64,000 nt of DNA from Macrostomum lignano (lineage: Eukaryota), in contig NIVC01002061.1 in NCBI GenBank assembly GCA_002269645.1, forward strand, positions 62,001-126,000, read 5' to 3'. The notes beneath the pieces were generated by a model that was not told the DNA's origin, searched no databases, and saw nothing but the letters and a program-made list of their open reading frames with translations. Positions within the stretch are counted from its first letter, which is position 1, and every line of letters begins with the position of its first letter. This document shows positions 1-14,899 of the stretch, one piece after another. The translations under genes and the position numbers were made by a program.

Positions 1-3000
1 AGCGCTGCGGGCACCCTTTTAGCGCCGAAGGCACCATTTTAGCGCCGCAGGCACCATTTTAGCGCCGCAGGAACCATTTTAGCGCCGCGGGCACCATTTT
101 AGCGCGGCAGGCACCATTTTAGCGCCGCAGGAACCATTTTAGCGCCGCAGGCACCATTTTAGCGCCGCGAGAACCATTTTAGCGCCGCGGGCACTATTTT
201 AGCGCTGCGGGCATCATTTTAGTTCGCGGGCACCATTTTAGCGCCGCGGGCACCATTTTAGCGCCGCAGGCACCCTTTTAGCGCCGCGAGAACCATTTTA
301 GCGCCGCGGGCACTATTTTAGCGCTGCGGGCATCATTTTAGTTCGCGGGCACCATTTTAGCGCCGCGGGCACCATTTTAGCGCCGCAGGCACCCTTTTAG
401 CGCCGCGAGCACCATTTTAGCGCAGCGGGCACTATTTAAGCGCCGCGAGCACATTTTAGCGCCGCAGGCACCATTTTAGCGCCACGGGCACTATTTTAGC
501 GCTGCGGGCATCATTTTAGTTCGCGGGCACCATTTTAGCGCCGCGGGCACCATTTTAGCGCCGCAGGCACCATTTTAGCGCCGCGAGAACCATTTTAGCG
601 CCGCAGGCACCATTTTAGCGCCGCGAGAACCATTTTAGCGCCGGAGGCACCATTTTAGCGCCGGAGGCACCATTTTAGCGCCGGAGGCACCATTTTAGCG
701 CCGCGGGCACCATTTTAGCGCCGCAGGCACCATTTTAGCGCCGCGAGAACCATTTTAGCGCCGGAGGCACCATTTTAGCGCCGGAGGCACCATTTTAGCG
801 CCGGAGGCACCATTTTAGCGCCGCGGGCACCCTTTTAGCGCCGCAGGCACCCTTTTAGCGCTGCGGGCACCCTTTTAGCGCCGCAGGCACCATTTTAGCG
901 CCGCAGGCACCATTTTAGCGCCGCAGGAACCATTTTAGCGCCGCAGGCACCATTTTAGCGCCGCAGGCACCATTTTAGCGCCGCAGGAACCATTTTAGCG
1001 CCGCAGGCACCATTTTATCGCCGCAGGAACCATTTTAGCGCTGCAGGCACCATTTTAGCGCCGCGAGAACCATTTTAGCGCCGCGGGCACTATTTTAGCG
1101 CTGCGGGCATCATTTTAGTTCGCGGGCACCATTTTAGCGCCGCGGGCACCATTTTAGCGCCGCAGGCACCATTTTAGCGCCGCGAGAACCATTTTAGCGC
1201 CGCGGGCAGTATTTTAGCGCTGCGGGCATCATTTTAGTTCGCGGGCACTATTTTAGCGCCGCGGGCACCATTTTAGCGCCGCAGGCACCCTTTTAGCGCC
1301 GCGAGCACCATTTTAGCGCAGCGGGCACTATTTAAGCGCCGCGGGCACCATTTTAGCGCCGCGAGCACATTTTAGCGCCGCAGGCACCATTTTAGCGCCA
1401 CGGGCACAATTTTAGCGCCGCAGGCACCATTTTAGCGCCGCAGGCACCAGTTTAGCGCCGCAAGCACCATTTTAGCGCCGCAGGCACCATTTTAGCGCCG
1501 CAGGCACCATTTTAGCGCCGCGGGCACCAGTTTAGCGCCGCAGGCACCATTTTAGCGCTGAAGGCACCATTTTAGCGCTGCGGGCACCATTTTAGTTCGC
1601 GGGCACTATTTTAGCGCCGCAGAAACCCTTTTAGCGCCGCGGGCACCATTTTAGCGCCACAGGCACTCATTTTAGCGCCGCGGGCATCATTCGCGCGCAC
1701 CATTTTAGCGCCGCGGGCATCATTCGCGCGCACCATTTTAGCGCTGCGGGCACCATTTTAGCGCTGCGGGCACTATTTTAGCGCTGCGGGCACCATTTTA
1801 GCGCTGCGGGCACCATTTTAGCGCTGCGGGCACCATTTTAGCGCTGCGGGCACCATTTAAGCGCCGCGGGCACCATTTTAGCGCCGCGGGCACTATTTTA
1901 GCGCCGAAGGCTTCATTTTAGCGCCACGGGCATCATTTAAGTTCGCGGGCACCATTTTAGCGCCGCGGGCACCATTTTAGCGCCACAGGCACTCATTTTA
2001 GCGCCGCATGCATCATTCGCGGGCACCATTTTAGCGCCGTGGGCACCATTTAAGCGCTGCGGGCACCATTTAAGCGCTGCGGGCACCATTTAAGCGCTGC
2101 GGGCACCATTTTAGCGCCGCGGGCACTATTTTAGCGCCGAAGGCATCATTTTAGCGCCGCGAGCACCATTTTAGCGCTGCAGGCACCAGTTTAGCACCGC
2201 GGTCACCATTTTAGCGCCGAAGGCACCATTTTAGCGCCGCAGGCACCATGTTAGCGCCGCGGGCACCATTTTAGCGCCGCGGGCACTCATTTTAGAGCCA
2301 CAGGCACTCATTTTAGCGCCGTGGGCACCATTTTAGCGCCACAGGCACCATTTTAGCGCCGCAGGCACCATTTTAGCGCCGCGAGAACCATTTTAGCGCC
2401 GCAGGCACCATTTTAGCGCCGCGAGAACCATTTTAGCGCCGGAGGCACCATTTTAGCGCCGGAGGCACCATTTTAGCGCCGGAGGCACCATTTTAGCGCC
2501 GCGGGCACCATTTTAGCGCCGCAGGCACCATTTTAGCGCCGCGAGAACCATTTTAGCGCCGGAGGCACCATTTTAGCGCCGGAGGCACCATTTTAGCGCC
2601 GGAGGCACCATTTTAGCGCCGCGGGCACCCTTTTAGCGCCGCAGGCACCCTTTTAGCGCTGCGGGCACCCTTTTAGCGCCGCAGGCACCATTTTAGCGCC
2701 GCAGGCACCATTTTAGCGCCGCAGGAACCATTTTAGCGCCGCAGGCACCATTTTAGCGCCGCAGGCACCATTTTAGCGCCGCAGGAACCATTTTAGCGCC
2801 GCAGGCACCATTTTATCGCCGCAGGAACCATTTTAGCGCTGCAGGCACCATTTTAGCGCCGCGAGAACCATTTTAGCGCCGCGGGCACTATTTTAGCGCT
2901 GCGGGCATCATTTTAGTTCGCGGGCACCATTTTAGCGCCGCGGGCACCATTTTAGCGCCGCAGGCACCATTTTAGCGCCGCGAGAACCATTTTAGCGCCG

Positions 3001-4488
3001 CGGGCAGTATTTTAGCGCTGCGGGCATCATTTTAGTTCGCGGGCACTATTTTAGCGCCGCGGGCACCATTTTAGCGCCGCAGGCACCCTTTTAGCGCCGC
3101 GAGCACCATTTTAGCGCAGCGGGCACTATTTAAGCGCCGCGGGCACCATTTTAGCGCCGCGAGCACATTTTAGCGCCGCAGGCACCATTTTAGCGCCACG
3201 GGCACAATTTTAGCGCCGCAGGCACCATTTTAGCGCCGCAGGCACCAGTTTAGCGCCGCAAGCACCATTTTAGCGCCGCAGGCACCATTTTAGCGCCGCA
3301 GGCACCATTTTAGCGCCGCGGGCACCAGTTTAGCGCCGCAGGCACCATTTTAGCGCTGAAGGCACCATTTTAGCGCTGCGGGCACCATTTTAGTTCGCGG
3401 GCACTATTTTAGCGCCGCAGAAACCCTTTTAGCGCCGCGGGCACCATTTTAGCGCCACAGGCACTCATTTTAGCGCCGCGGGCATCATTCGCGCGCACCA
3501 TTTTAGCGCCGCGGGCATCATTCGCGCGCACCATTTTAGCGCTGCGGGCACCATTTTAGCGCTGCGGGCACTATTTTAGCGCTGCGGGCACCATTTTAGC
3601 GCTGCGGGCACCATTTTAGCGCTGCGGGCACCATTTTAGCGCTGCGGGCACCATTTAAGCGCCGCGGGCACCATTTTAGCGCCGCGGGCACTATTTTAGC
3701 GCCGAAGGCTTCATTTTAGCGCCACGGGCATCATTTAAGTTCGCGGGCACCATTTTAGCGCCGCGGGCACCATTTTAGCGCCACAGGCACTCATTTTAGC
3801 GCCGCATGCATCATTCGCGGGCACCATTTTAGCGCCGTGGGCACCATTTAAGCGCTGCGGGCACCATTTAAGCGCTGCGGGCACCATTTAAGCGCTGCGG
3901 GCACCATTTTAGCGCCGCGGGCACTATTTTAGCGCCGAAGGCATCATTTTAGCGCCGCGAGCACCATTTTAGCGCTGCAGGCACCAGTTTAGCACCGCGG
4001 TCACCATTTTAGCGCCGAAGGCACCATTTTAGCGCCGCAGGCACCATGTTAGCGCCGCGGGCACCATTTTAGCGCCGCGGGCACTCATTTTAGAGCCACA
4101 GGCACTCATTTTAGCGCCGTGGGCACCATTTTAGAGCCACAGGCACCATTTTAGCGCCGGAAGCACCATTTTAGCGCCGCAGGCACCATTTTAGCGCAGC
4201 AGGCACCATTTTAGCGCAGCAGGCACCATTTTAGCGCCGCGGGCACCCTTTTAGCGCCGCGAGCACATTTTAGCGCCGCAGGCACCATGTTAGCGCCGCG
4301 GGCACCATTTTAGCGCCGCAGGCACCATGTTAGCCCCGCGGGCACCATTTTAGCGCCGTGGGCACCATTTTAGAGCCAGAGGCACCATTTTAGCGCCGCA
4401 AGCACCATTTTAGCGCCGCAGGCACCATTTTAGCGCAGCAGGCACGATTTTAGCGCCGCAGGCACCATTTTAGCGCAGCAGGCACCCT
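1..4488. repeat. CpG-rich satellite, ~20-bp unit (GCACCATTTTAGCGCCGCRG), with a 1798-bp higher-order duplication; runs off the window start
   Basis: Continuous tandem units. Rare variants recur at a fixed +1798 offset (e.g. GAAGGCTTCATT at 1906/3704, GGCATCATTCGCGCGCAC at 1683/3481, GCACTCATTTTAGAGCC at 2283/4081). Confidence 0.97.
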
Positions 4489-4984
4489 TATGTTTTGTCG
4501 CCCTAAAGCAAAAAATTGATTTCCATTAGAGGTCGACAAAGGTGGGGGTGGGGGACAAAATATTGGCATGTCCTCCTCATTGTAACTTTTACTAGGGGGA
4601 CATGACTCGATCGATCCACGCTCTCTTTCGGGGCACCTGTTGCGGCTCGACGGAGCGACTGTCATCCTCAGGAGCGGCGCCACCCTACCGAGTTGACCCA
4701 GTTCGGTGACTGGCGCAGCGGTCCATCCTGTTGATGTCCGGCTGCCGGTTGCATTCAGTGCTCCAGTTGTAGCGCATAAGCCAGAATTTTAGTTCTGCTT
4801 AACGTTTTTTCCGCAACCTTTGTACAATTCCCTTTTCTCCCCCCTTTTGCTTCTTTTGCTCTTTAGGCTTTCTGCTTTCTTATGCACTTCGCTCTCCCAT
4901 TTCAGTGTTCGCGTCTGCCTTCTTTCGTGCTCCGATGGTTCGTTTGATTCTTGTAAATGCGAAATGCGATTCTAATTCATAAAG

Positions 4985-5120
4985 TGACACAGGTGTGCTT
5001 TAGACGCAACATCGTGATTCTACAGCGGCTCTATACGGACTCTGCGTTGCCCTACAGAATCGTTTCATAGTCGCAGTTAATAAAACGCTCTAAATTGACT
5101 CTTAGGCGACAGCTTTTTTA
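4985..5120 (+). repeat. Copy of a dispersed repeat also present at ~51070-51230
   Basis: CAGAATCGTTTCATAGTCGCAGTTAATAAAACGCTCTAAATTGACTCTTAGGCGAC aligns with CAGAGTCGTTTCAGAGTTGCAGACAATAAAATGCCTTAAACAGACTATTAGGCGAC. Confidence 0.6.
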
Positions 5121-6162
5121 TATTTACTCGTAGTGAAATCTCTTTTTCAGAAGCGAAAAAGAAAATACGCAAATATTAGTTCTCATCTGCATGCTTGAGA
5201 GCCGGCTCATTCTATTTTAAACTGCTTTTGTGTGTATTATTCTGAGTAAAAAAATTAAATTAAAACAGAATTTCGAGAGCAACTGAAGCGTTTGATAAAA
5301 ATTCTTGAATAAACAAAACAGGTTAAGGATAAATAATCGTACTTTAGAAATAAATGAATAGCTGGAGTAACCCCATAGCGTAGTGTTTGAAAATCAATAA
5401 AAAATCTTTCGAATTTCAAATCAGCAAGCAGACGAGTCAGCCGCTGAGAGCCCCGGACAGGATATTCAAAGGCACAAACAGTAAGCATCGAAGTTCTGAT
5501 GGAGTCCATGCAATCTAGCTTTTATAATTAATTTAATGAAAAAACTATTGAAGTACGCTCGTAAATACGACTCGTACGACAACAAAATAAAAAGCAATGT
5601 GGTTGAACCCCGGGTATGCGCGGCACAATGTTCTTCAAATTTACTGCAGATCAAGTCTTATAGGGATTGGATGTATTCTAGTTGATTGTGTCTTTCAATG
5701 GGTTGCATCAAGAGTATCGACAGTTGATAAATATTCGCTAAGCGCTAGCTACTGCAGGATGGCAGTTACTCCTCACAGCTGCTTGTGAAAGCTGTACAGA
5801 GGGATTAAAGAGATACAGAGAGATAGTCAGCTTTAAAATTAACAAAAATTACTGTAATTTCCTGACAAAAATATCTACTAAATACAAGTAGGCTAAAATA
5901 CGACTTTATGTAAGACAAAGCCATCTAAAATAATGGACGATCATGTGTAAAAATTACTCTTCGAATATATAGTTCCTTTAAATCCATAGCTATAGCGCTT
6001 GGGTTTACGATTCGAAAAAATTGTCTTAGACACAAAAAATAATTCTGGTTAATATGTTAGCTAGGAAAAAAGCTGATCCTGGGAAACCTGAATAATAGTT
6101 TTAACAATCTTTAAAAAAATATATAAACAAATATTTCTTTCTATAAGGCGCACGGTTTGATG

Positions 6163-9100
6163 TTAGCCGATCAGGAAACCCAGCACGAGCAGACTGATGC
6201 AAATAAATGGAAGCTTGGTTGTTTCTGTCTTTACTGTAGTAGCTTTTGTAGTTGGAGTTGCATCCGGATCCGGAGCAGGATTTGTAGCAGGTTTGACGGG
6301 GCCGATCTCACACGTGGCTCCGGAGTAGCCGCGATTGCACAAACACGCTCCAAAGACGCAGTCGCCGTTGCCGCTGCACTTATTCGGACACGCCTCGGTC
6401 AGCATCCTGTCAATGGTGCTGGCCTTTGTCTTTACAGCTGACACGTTGTAGCTGAGGCTTGTAATGCACTGACCAGCGAACGAGTTGAACAGGGTTTCAG
6501 TAAAATCGAATGTGTCCAATTGGGTGGCGTACTGGACGCAAACAGTTTTGAACTGCGTCATAAAGTCCAAACCGCCGAGAATGCCTTTTGCAGTGGAGCA
6601 CTCTGTCACGATGGTACCTTTTGTTGCTAGTACAGACTGTAAGTACTTGGCGCACTGCTCAGCTGCCATCTCGGCAGTGACATTTTCTGTGGAGCGTTTG
6701 CTGCGTTTAGCTAGCAGTGTTTCCAGCCTATTAGTAGCTCGTCGTGGTTGCAGATTGTTGTCGAGAGATCGCCTTGTTCGTGATACCTCTATCTGTCTGA
6801 CGACACATTGATTTGACAGATTTTCGGGCAAGTCGTCATCTTCTTTGCCTTTTTCGCAAGAGCAAAAGTCCAATGACTCAATGGTCTCAAGAGTGTCCTC
6901 TGGAACAAAATTGTCAGAGAACAAATCTCTGGGACTGTCCGAGACAATGGTGTCGGTCGGTATCCACGATGCCGAAGATTTTCTATACATAAGACCATCG
7001 ACTCGACTCTCAGTATCGTAGAAACCTGGAACTATCATTAAATCCAAGGCATTCTTGCCGTTCGTTTCGAGGTTTCCGACGTTCCCTGAACAACTATTTT
7101 CTAGCATTGATTTGCGGCTCATAATAAAGTCGTGACGGCAACCATCGTCATTAAAACCATGAATCAAAAAATTCCATACGTATATGATAGTACCATACAA
7201 CTCAAATTTGATCCTCACTCCATTTTTCCCTTCCTCGAAAGAAACACCCCAAGGAAAGCCATTTGTGAGCGGCAGAGCGCTGAATTCTTTAATTTTTGTT
7301 GTCTTAACTTGAAATGCTTCCTTCTCGCTGTATATCAGGATTCGGTAGGACTCGTATCTGATGGCAACCTCAGTAACAACGGAATGGAATTTTCTCTTTG
7401 TTGAATCGCACTCTTTAGCCTGCACCTCGTAAGGCAAAATTTTGTGCCTCATTAGCGACAAAATCCGGCAAGAGTCCCCATAAAAAATGTCGGCGTATCT
7501 AGGACTGTCTGAATTTGCGGGCTTCAAAACCGGGTCGCTGTAAACATGAAAAAAGTCTTTTACCTCTGTGGAGTAGAGAGAGGAAATGTCTACCTTTAGG
7601 TTTCGTGACTGCATTTTTACCCACTTATTGTTGGTAAACACACCTTTCGAATCCATAGAGCGGTAGCTGACGTTCACCTGAATCATAGGCGCCAGCTGCG
7701 ATCCATCGAGGCCTCTTACAATCAGACCTTCCTCATCATCGTTCAGCAGTTTCAAGTCTAAGCAGATATTTGAATAGTGAACACTTCGGCCTAACATTCC
7801 TTCTTCACAAGGATTACTAGTCGACTCGGAAATGTTTAATTGTAATTTTTTGACCTTTACCTTCATTCTATCGTTAGAAATCAGCGCCTGGCGTCGGACA
7901 GAAACTCCAAAATTAACAAATCCAATAATGGGTACTTTGGTAATATTGATGCAGAGTTTAATCGGACTGGATGGAGTGATTACTGAAGTGATTGCACTTT
8001 TTGATGAATCAAACAATTCATACTGAAACTCAAACTGATGCGGCATAGAAACTAGCTCTTCAGATATGTATTCAGACAGCTCTGAGTTGCATTTGGCCTG
8101 CAGCACGCATTCCAGTGTACCGCCGTAGATGTTTGAATAATCGAAAAGAATATTCTCGTGATGGCAAGTTTCTGCGATTTTGCCTCCTGAGGATACTGTA
8201 AGATTTGGAAATGTGCACTTTGGGATTTCCAGTTGCGTAGAGTTGTGGAATCTGAGTCTGTAGAAGACCTTATATAGGAGCCCTTGGGTGAAGTTTGTCT
8301 CAAAACTTTCTCCGAAAGAGCAGTTAAAAAATACGTCGTAATAACCTTGATTGGCAGGAACTTGAATTTGCTGTAAAACTGGCAAGTTTGTTGCTCCGGA
8401 CTTCACCCTTGGCAAGCACGCGGATGCGTTGACGCAGGGCTCGTAGCCCGAGCCGTCAGCTGATACGAGACCGCCGCTACACAGCTTCTTGTTTCCGATG
8501 CAGAAGTGGTGACTACTTGAGCTGGTACCTTCCAAATAGTAAAGATTAAATGATCCGCACATAAGGATTCGGACAGGATATGGTGTCTCTGCCGAGTTGT
8601 AGCAGACGGGTCCTGGCTGACTGACTCTGAAGAGTTTGGCGGAAAAAAGCTGTCTGTTCGCATTGGCTTCCTGGACGATGTCGGTGAGGATATAAGGGTC
8701 GGCGCTGCCGCAGCTGACGGTTGTGTTGGGACACATGCTGGTTAGGAAGCCTCCAGCTGGAGACCTCAGTCGGTACCATCCAGTCGCCATGTTGTAAAAG
8801 TTGATGCAACCACCAGTTGATGAACACGACTGGGTGTTGCCAGGTGCATGAGAGGCCGTGGAGTCAGTAATTTCGGGTATGCTGGCATTGCTGCACGGAT
8901 CAGAGCTTGAAAAAGCGGTCTCGCAGGTCCGTCCATAGAACTCTGGTGTACAAATGCACCGGTAGCTGACGTAGTCAAAGGTTCCACCATTTGAGCAGTG
9001 CGTCTGTGACTCGACTTCACAGCAGCTCCACAGCAGAGACAATACCACCGCCCACCTGCGATATAAGATTTAAAGTAGTGTTAGATTCATTTGAAAAGGA

Positions 9101-9389
9101 GCTCTGCTCTTTGAATCGAAAAATTAATTTATGTCTGCATTATAGGCGAGGTGATGTATTGCAATACATATATTGAACTTAATCCTAATTCGGTTAGTCA
9201 TAAATATCCTGCGTGTGCTGCAGCTCATTTTGCAGTAGTGTTCTTCGGTAGTGTTTGACGATAACCAGAGATGCGAGTACGAGTATGTTGCGCTGTAGGT
9301 ATGTTCTTATTTCAGATCTTAACCTCCGAAAGTGTGTTACATTACGTTAAAAAATCTCACCTGAGCATAGCTAAAACATGACGGCTCAT
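6163..9389 (-). CDS. VWDE: VWDE-like secreted/GPI-anchored protein (signal peptide, EGF, UMOD/D8C-like Cys domain, VWD-like region, C-terminal EGF, Ser/Thr/Pro stalk); exons 9389-9361 and 9055-6163; 973 aa
   Basis: Exon 1 ATGAGCCGTCATGTTTTAGCTATGCTCAG|GTGAG joins CGCAG|GTGG in frame to give the signal peptide MSRHVLAMLRWAVVLSLLWSC. EGF motifs CSNGG..CICTPEFYGRTCE and CPNKCSGNGDCVFGACLCNRGYSGATCE; D8C-like DPC..GWYR..CG..PY; furin-type site RSKR; hydrophobic C-terminus. The ORF-track start at 9048 is a GTG. Confidence 0.88.
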
Positions 9390-10493
9390 TTTGTTCAATA
9401 GTTTAAGTGTCACTAGCCTATTTAATAATCTTTATTCTAATCATTGGCTGTTTAAAATAATAATTTTAACCTGTATCCTGACGGTAAACTATCGGGAATC
9501 GAAACTCATAGCTGGACCTCACTCCGGCTTGTAACCGAGTCTTAGATCACTGCCGTATCAGATTCGGACTATTTTCGGACGTTGGTAAATTTAATAGCTA
9601 TCCTAAAATTATGTCTGCCCCTGCCATCTCAGCACATATCCTATCGAAAGCCTCAAAATCCTTCAAATTTTGCAGTATAACCGAAAATAAGAATAAAAAT
9701 AAATAAGAGTAGCTTTTCTTAGGGCTAATTTAGATTCCCTTAATAACAGATAAATGTAGAATTTTTCGAAAGTGATCGCCATGCCACATTCGTAGCGTCA
9801 GGCAAACTATGTGGCAGAAGTTGTTCCAGCGCTACTGGAAGAATCAGAATCAGAGAAGACCATGTTGTACATGTTTTTGGTGATTGTAACAAAAAAGACA
9901 TGAAAGAAGATACATTCAGCACAGCTGAAAAAACAACTCTTTCCACAGCTATCCAAACAGACAGGCTCTAGACTAACCGAGCTGAATGCCTAAAGGACAA
10001 TAATGAAGCTGGGTTATGAGGGCCAAGCCAGCAGCCTGCGAACGCGTGACACAGAAGACTGGCAGCAAATGCTTCGGGTGGTTGATGGTTGCCCTAACAC
10101 AATGGCACAGAGAGAACCTTCGTGAGCGCTAACTCATCCCGCTCAAACCATTCATTGCTTTGCATTGCGCCTATGCGTCCTGGGTGACTGAAGTACGTCA
10201 CTGCCTGTATAAATTACACCAACATTTGTGTCCCTGACCTGTTATTAAAACCTGTTAATTGCTCTAAATCACTAGGATTATATGTACCCTTTTAAATCAC
10301 ACAAGCCTTCGTTTGTACTTACCTTAGCAAGGTGCACAGACTGCTTGGCCGAGCCATCTTCATGTCTGCAGAAAAGAAAATAAAAGAATTAATAATAATT
10401 AATAATATTAATTAATAATTAATAAATAATTTGCAGTTTCAAAGACAGGGCCTAAGAAAAAAATATTTGCTAATAATTGACGGACGGACACGC

Positions 10494-11425
<932 letters not shown>

Positions 11426-12248
11426 GGCAGAAAAAAAGCAACAAATATAGCCATTGAATTCTTACTGTGGTGTCGCTTATTGCTTGACGACTTGGAGTTT
11501 GAATGGATTCCAATAGAATTTGAACAGTCTTTTGGGCCGCTACTTGGCTGCCAGCGTCGCTTGAAACGGGCTTGGACGGACTCGCTTTTATGCTCTCGCA
11601 AAGTGTCTCAGCATGCAGGATGAGAAGATTATTAATCTTCTCAAGGATTTAGTTTCTTATTATATTAGTAACTAATTACGTATATTACTCGTATATTTGT
11701 TGGCACTATTGTGGTCTGCGATGGCATCCCTGATGCTGCCGTATCCGCCAGGTTGATATCTTAAAAACAGTTCTCAGACTGAGAGCGGCGCTTTCGCTTC
11801 AGACAGATGAAAGCCCCTTTAACCCTATTGAGCACAGACTCATTGATGTTGAGTAAAAATAGTGATAATGATAATAAAAAACAATAACAGAGAAACAGGA
11901 TGCAATAATTTTTTGCATTCGTCTCGTTCTGTGCCGGCATTAATTGTCTGAAAGCAACGTAAACTAGTAGGGTATTGTGCCAATTATTTTTGTTTTCTTT
12001 GCTCTACTTGGTAGCAAAAGCAACGCATAGGAGACGAGTTTTTACTGTCTGGATTCACGGATCTCTGCTATACTGTAAATCCTTATTGCAAAATTGAATC
12101 CTTATTGCATCTCCTTGTTAGCAGTCCATCTTTAGACTTTAATTGAAAAAGATTCCAACCTGTTTCGGCATCGAGAATCCAAACTCTTTAGCTATTTAAT
12201 TGCACTTAATTCAGATGAGTGACTTCAAGAGTGAAAATATTTGGCCGA

Positions 12249-12338
12249 TTGCAGTACATGAGGGACACTTGCAGTACATGAGGGACACTTGCAGTACATG
12301 AGGGACACTTGCAGTACATGAGGGACACTTGCAGTACA
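12249..12338. repeat. 20-bp tandem repeat TTGCAGTACATGAGGGACAC, 4 copies plus a partial
   Basis: Identical units with no spacers, abutting the 25-bp minisatellite. Confidence 0.95.
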
Positions 12339-13395
12339 GCTCCCTCTATCCCACAATCCCTACAGCCCATCTATCCTACAGTCCCTACAGCCCCCTCTAT
12401 CCCACAGTCCCTACAGCCCCCTCTATCCCACAGTCCCTACAGCTCCCTCTATCCCACAGTCCCTACAGCTCCCTCTATCCCACAGTCCCTACAGCCCCCT
12501 CTATCCCACAGTCCCTACAGCTCCCTCTATCCCACAGTCCCTACAGCCCCCTCTATCCCACAGTCCCTACAGCTCCCTCTATCCCACAGTCCCTACAGCC
12601 CTTCTATCCCACGGTCCCTAACCCCCTCTATCCCACAGTCCCTACAGCCCCCCTTTATCCCACAGTCCCTACAGCCCCTCTATCCCACGGTCCATACAGC
12701 CCATCTATCCCACAGTCCCTACAGCCCATCTATCCCATAGTCCCTACAGCCCATCTATCCCACAGTCCCTACAGCCTCTCTATCCCACAGTCCCTACAGC
12801 CTCTCTATCCCACAGTCCCTACAGCCCATCTATCCCACAGTCCCTACAGCCTCTCTATCCCATAGTCCCTACAGCCCATCTATCCCACAGTCCCTACAGC
12901 CTCTCTATCCCACAGTCCCTACAGCCCATCTATCCCACAGTCCCTACAGCCCTTCTATCCCACGGTCCCTAACCCCCTCTATCCCACAGTCCCTACAGCC
13001 CCCCTTTATCCCACAGTCCCTACAGCCCCTCTATCCCACGGTCCATACAGGCATCTATCCCACAGTCCCTACAGCCCATCTATCCCACAGTCCCTACAGC
13101 CCATCTATCCCACAGTCCCTACAGCCTCTCTATCCCATAGTCCCTACAGCCCATCTATCCCACAGTCCCTACAGCCTCTCTATCCCATAGTCCCTACAGC
13201 CCCTCTATCCCACAGTCCCTACAGCCCCTCTATCCCATAGTCCCTACAGCTCATCTATCCCACAGTCCCTACAGCCCATCTATCCCACAGTCCCTACAGC
13301 TCCCTCTATCCCACAGTCCCTACAGCCCATCTATCCCACAGTCCCTACAGCTCCCTCTATCCCACAGTCCCTACAGCCCCTCTATCCCACAGTCT
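12336..13395. repeat. ~25-bp minisatellite (CTCTATCCCACAGTCCCTACAGCCC)n
   Basis: About 40 slightly variable tandem units; explains the PTVPTAPSIPQSLQ ORFs. Confidence 0.97.
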
Positions 13396-14899
13396 CAGTG
13401 TAAACTTGATTTCTATCACATATTATGATGGCGGCGTTGGAGACACAATTCAATGATACTTGAGTGCGAATTAAAATCAGAGATCAAGTCCAAGAGCCGG
13501 ATTGGTTATAACTTAGAGCTAAAGCATTTAAATTTACAGATTTAAGTAAGCAAGAAAAAGCAACGCTTATTTTTCTGAAATTAAGAGTTTTTTGTGACAG
13601 TAACGTTTCTGCAAGTCTTTGTGTGCGTCAAGGTTTAAGTTTTTGTTCTCAGATGCTTCTGGTTCTGAAATCGCTCCTAAAAATCATAAGACGAGACAAG
13701 CAAAACAACTTTCTCATTAGAATGCCCACCAAACTAAACAGGTAAACTAGCTTTTGATTAAATACTCGTAAATCATTACGGATGTTATGTTTAATGCCAG
13801 ACATAAAAAACTAAAACCATCCGTTAGGCTATTTACAGACAGCAGTACGTCACGACAACCTTGCATCCCGTTAGTACGAGCCATAGTTGCCTCTGCTCAC
13901 GCACTATACTAAATACCGTTGCTAAATTTAGCAACATGAATAAATAAAAGACATCCTCTATACAGACTCCGACACTATAGTAGACTATACTCTCTATATA
14001 AAGAACCAAGCAAGGCCCCGCAATGCTCTGCTTTCTTTAACTTGCATGAACTCGGTGCTTCTTAGATTTCTTAGAATTTTGTTTAAATTTGTTTTATTTC
14101 AATCAACCCAGTTAAACAATGGTGGTTTTTGGTGGACTAATGCTCCGGTAAGTATCTCAAAGAATAATGCGTGAATTATTTCCCCAAATATACTTTTTAT
14201 AGATTTCGAACTTCTTAAAATTTTCGCAAAGTATATACAACCTGTCTAAGAGAATATCGTGTGGCACTCAATCTTCTTTTCCGATGAACTAGCGAACTGC
14301 TGCTTATCCAATCGGAATTTCTGGATAACCTAAGATCTTTGCCATAAATGTTTGTCTACAAAAAAATAAGCTTCCTGTTTAAAATGTGAGAAGACTCTCT
14401 CCACCTCTGCTCATTCTTTCTTCTGCTCACATAGTTAATCGGCCCCTCATAAGGTCCACAGCCTATTGTTAGTCACAACCCTCTGCCATATTGAGGCTCA
14501 ATCTGTTATAAGGGAACCTACTACGAGTAAATTAGCATAGAAAACGCAATATATCATCGGTTAGACTGCAAAATTGAATGGAGTTTTTTGAGGCAGCCGA
14601 TAGAATATGAGCAGAGGCGGAGAAAGACAGACGGCAGAGGCACACTGATACTCATATAGAGCAGACAGAATAATTACAATGGCTGCTAAATTTAGTAACG
14701 GTTCAGAACGGTAAAGGATGAATATATGAATTTGATACGGTAGTGCAATAATCTCTTACATGTATAAAGTGGATTGAGCTCCAGCAATGAGTTCATATTC
14801 CCGATAGTTTACCGTCAGGACGGAGGCAAAAATTCTAAGCTTCAACGCGCAGAATAAAGTTTTATTAAATAGACTAGTGACACTTCACTATTAAACAAA

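Noticed and set aside
1-4488. CRISPR-like regular array
   Set aside because: No unique spacers, only variant monomers; eukaryotic context and no cas genes. The same applies to 12249-12338 and 57522-57714.
11460-11625. Peptide LLLDDLEFEW resembling a Walker B
   Set aside because: No Walker A or other NTPase context, and no convincing splice sites.
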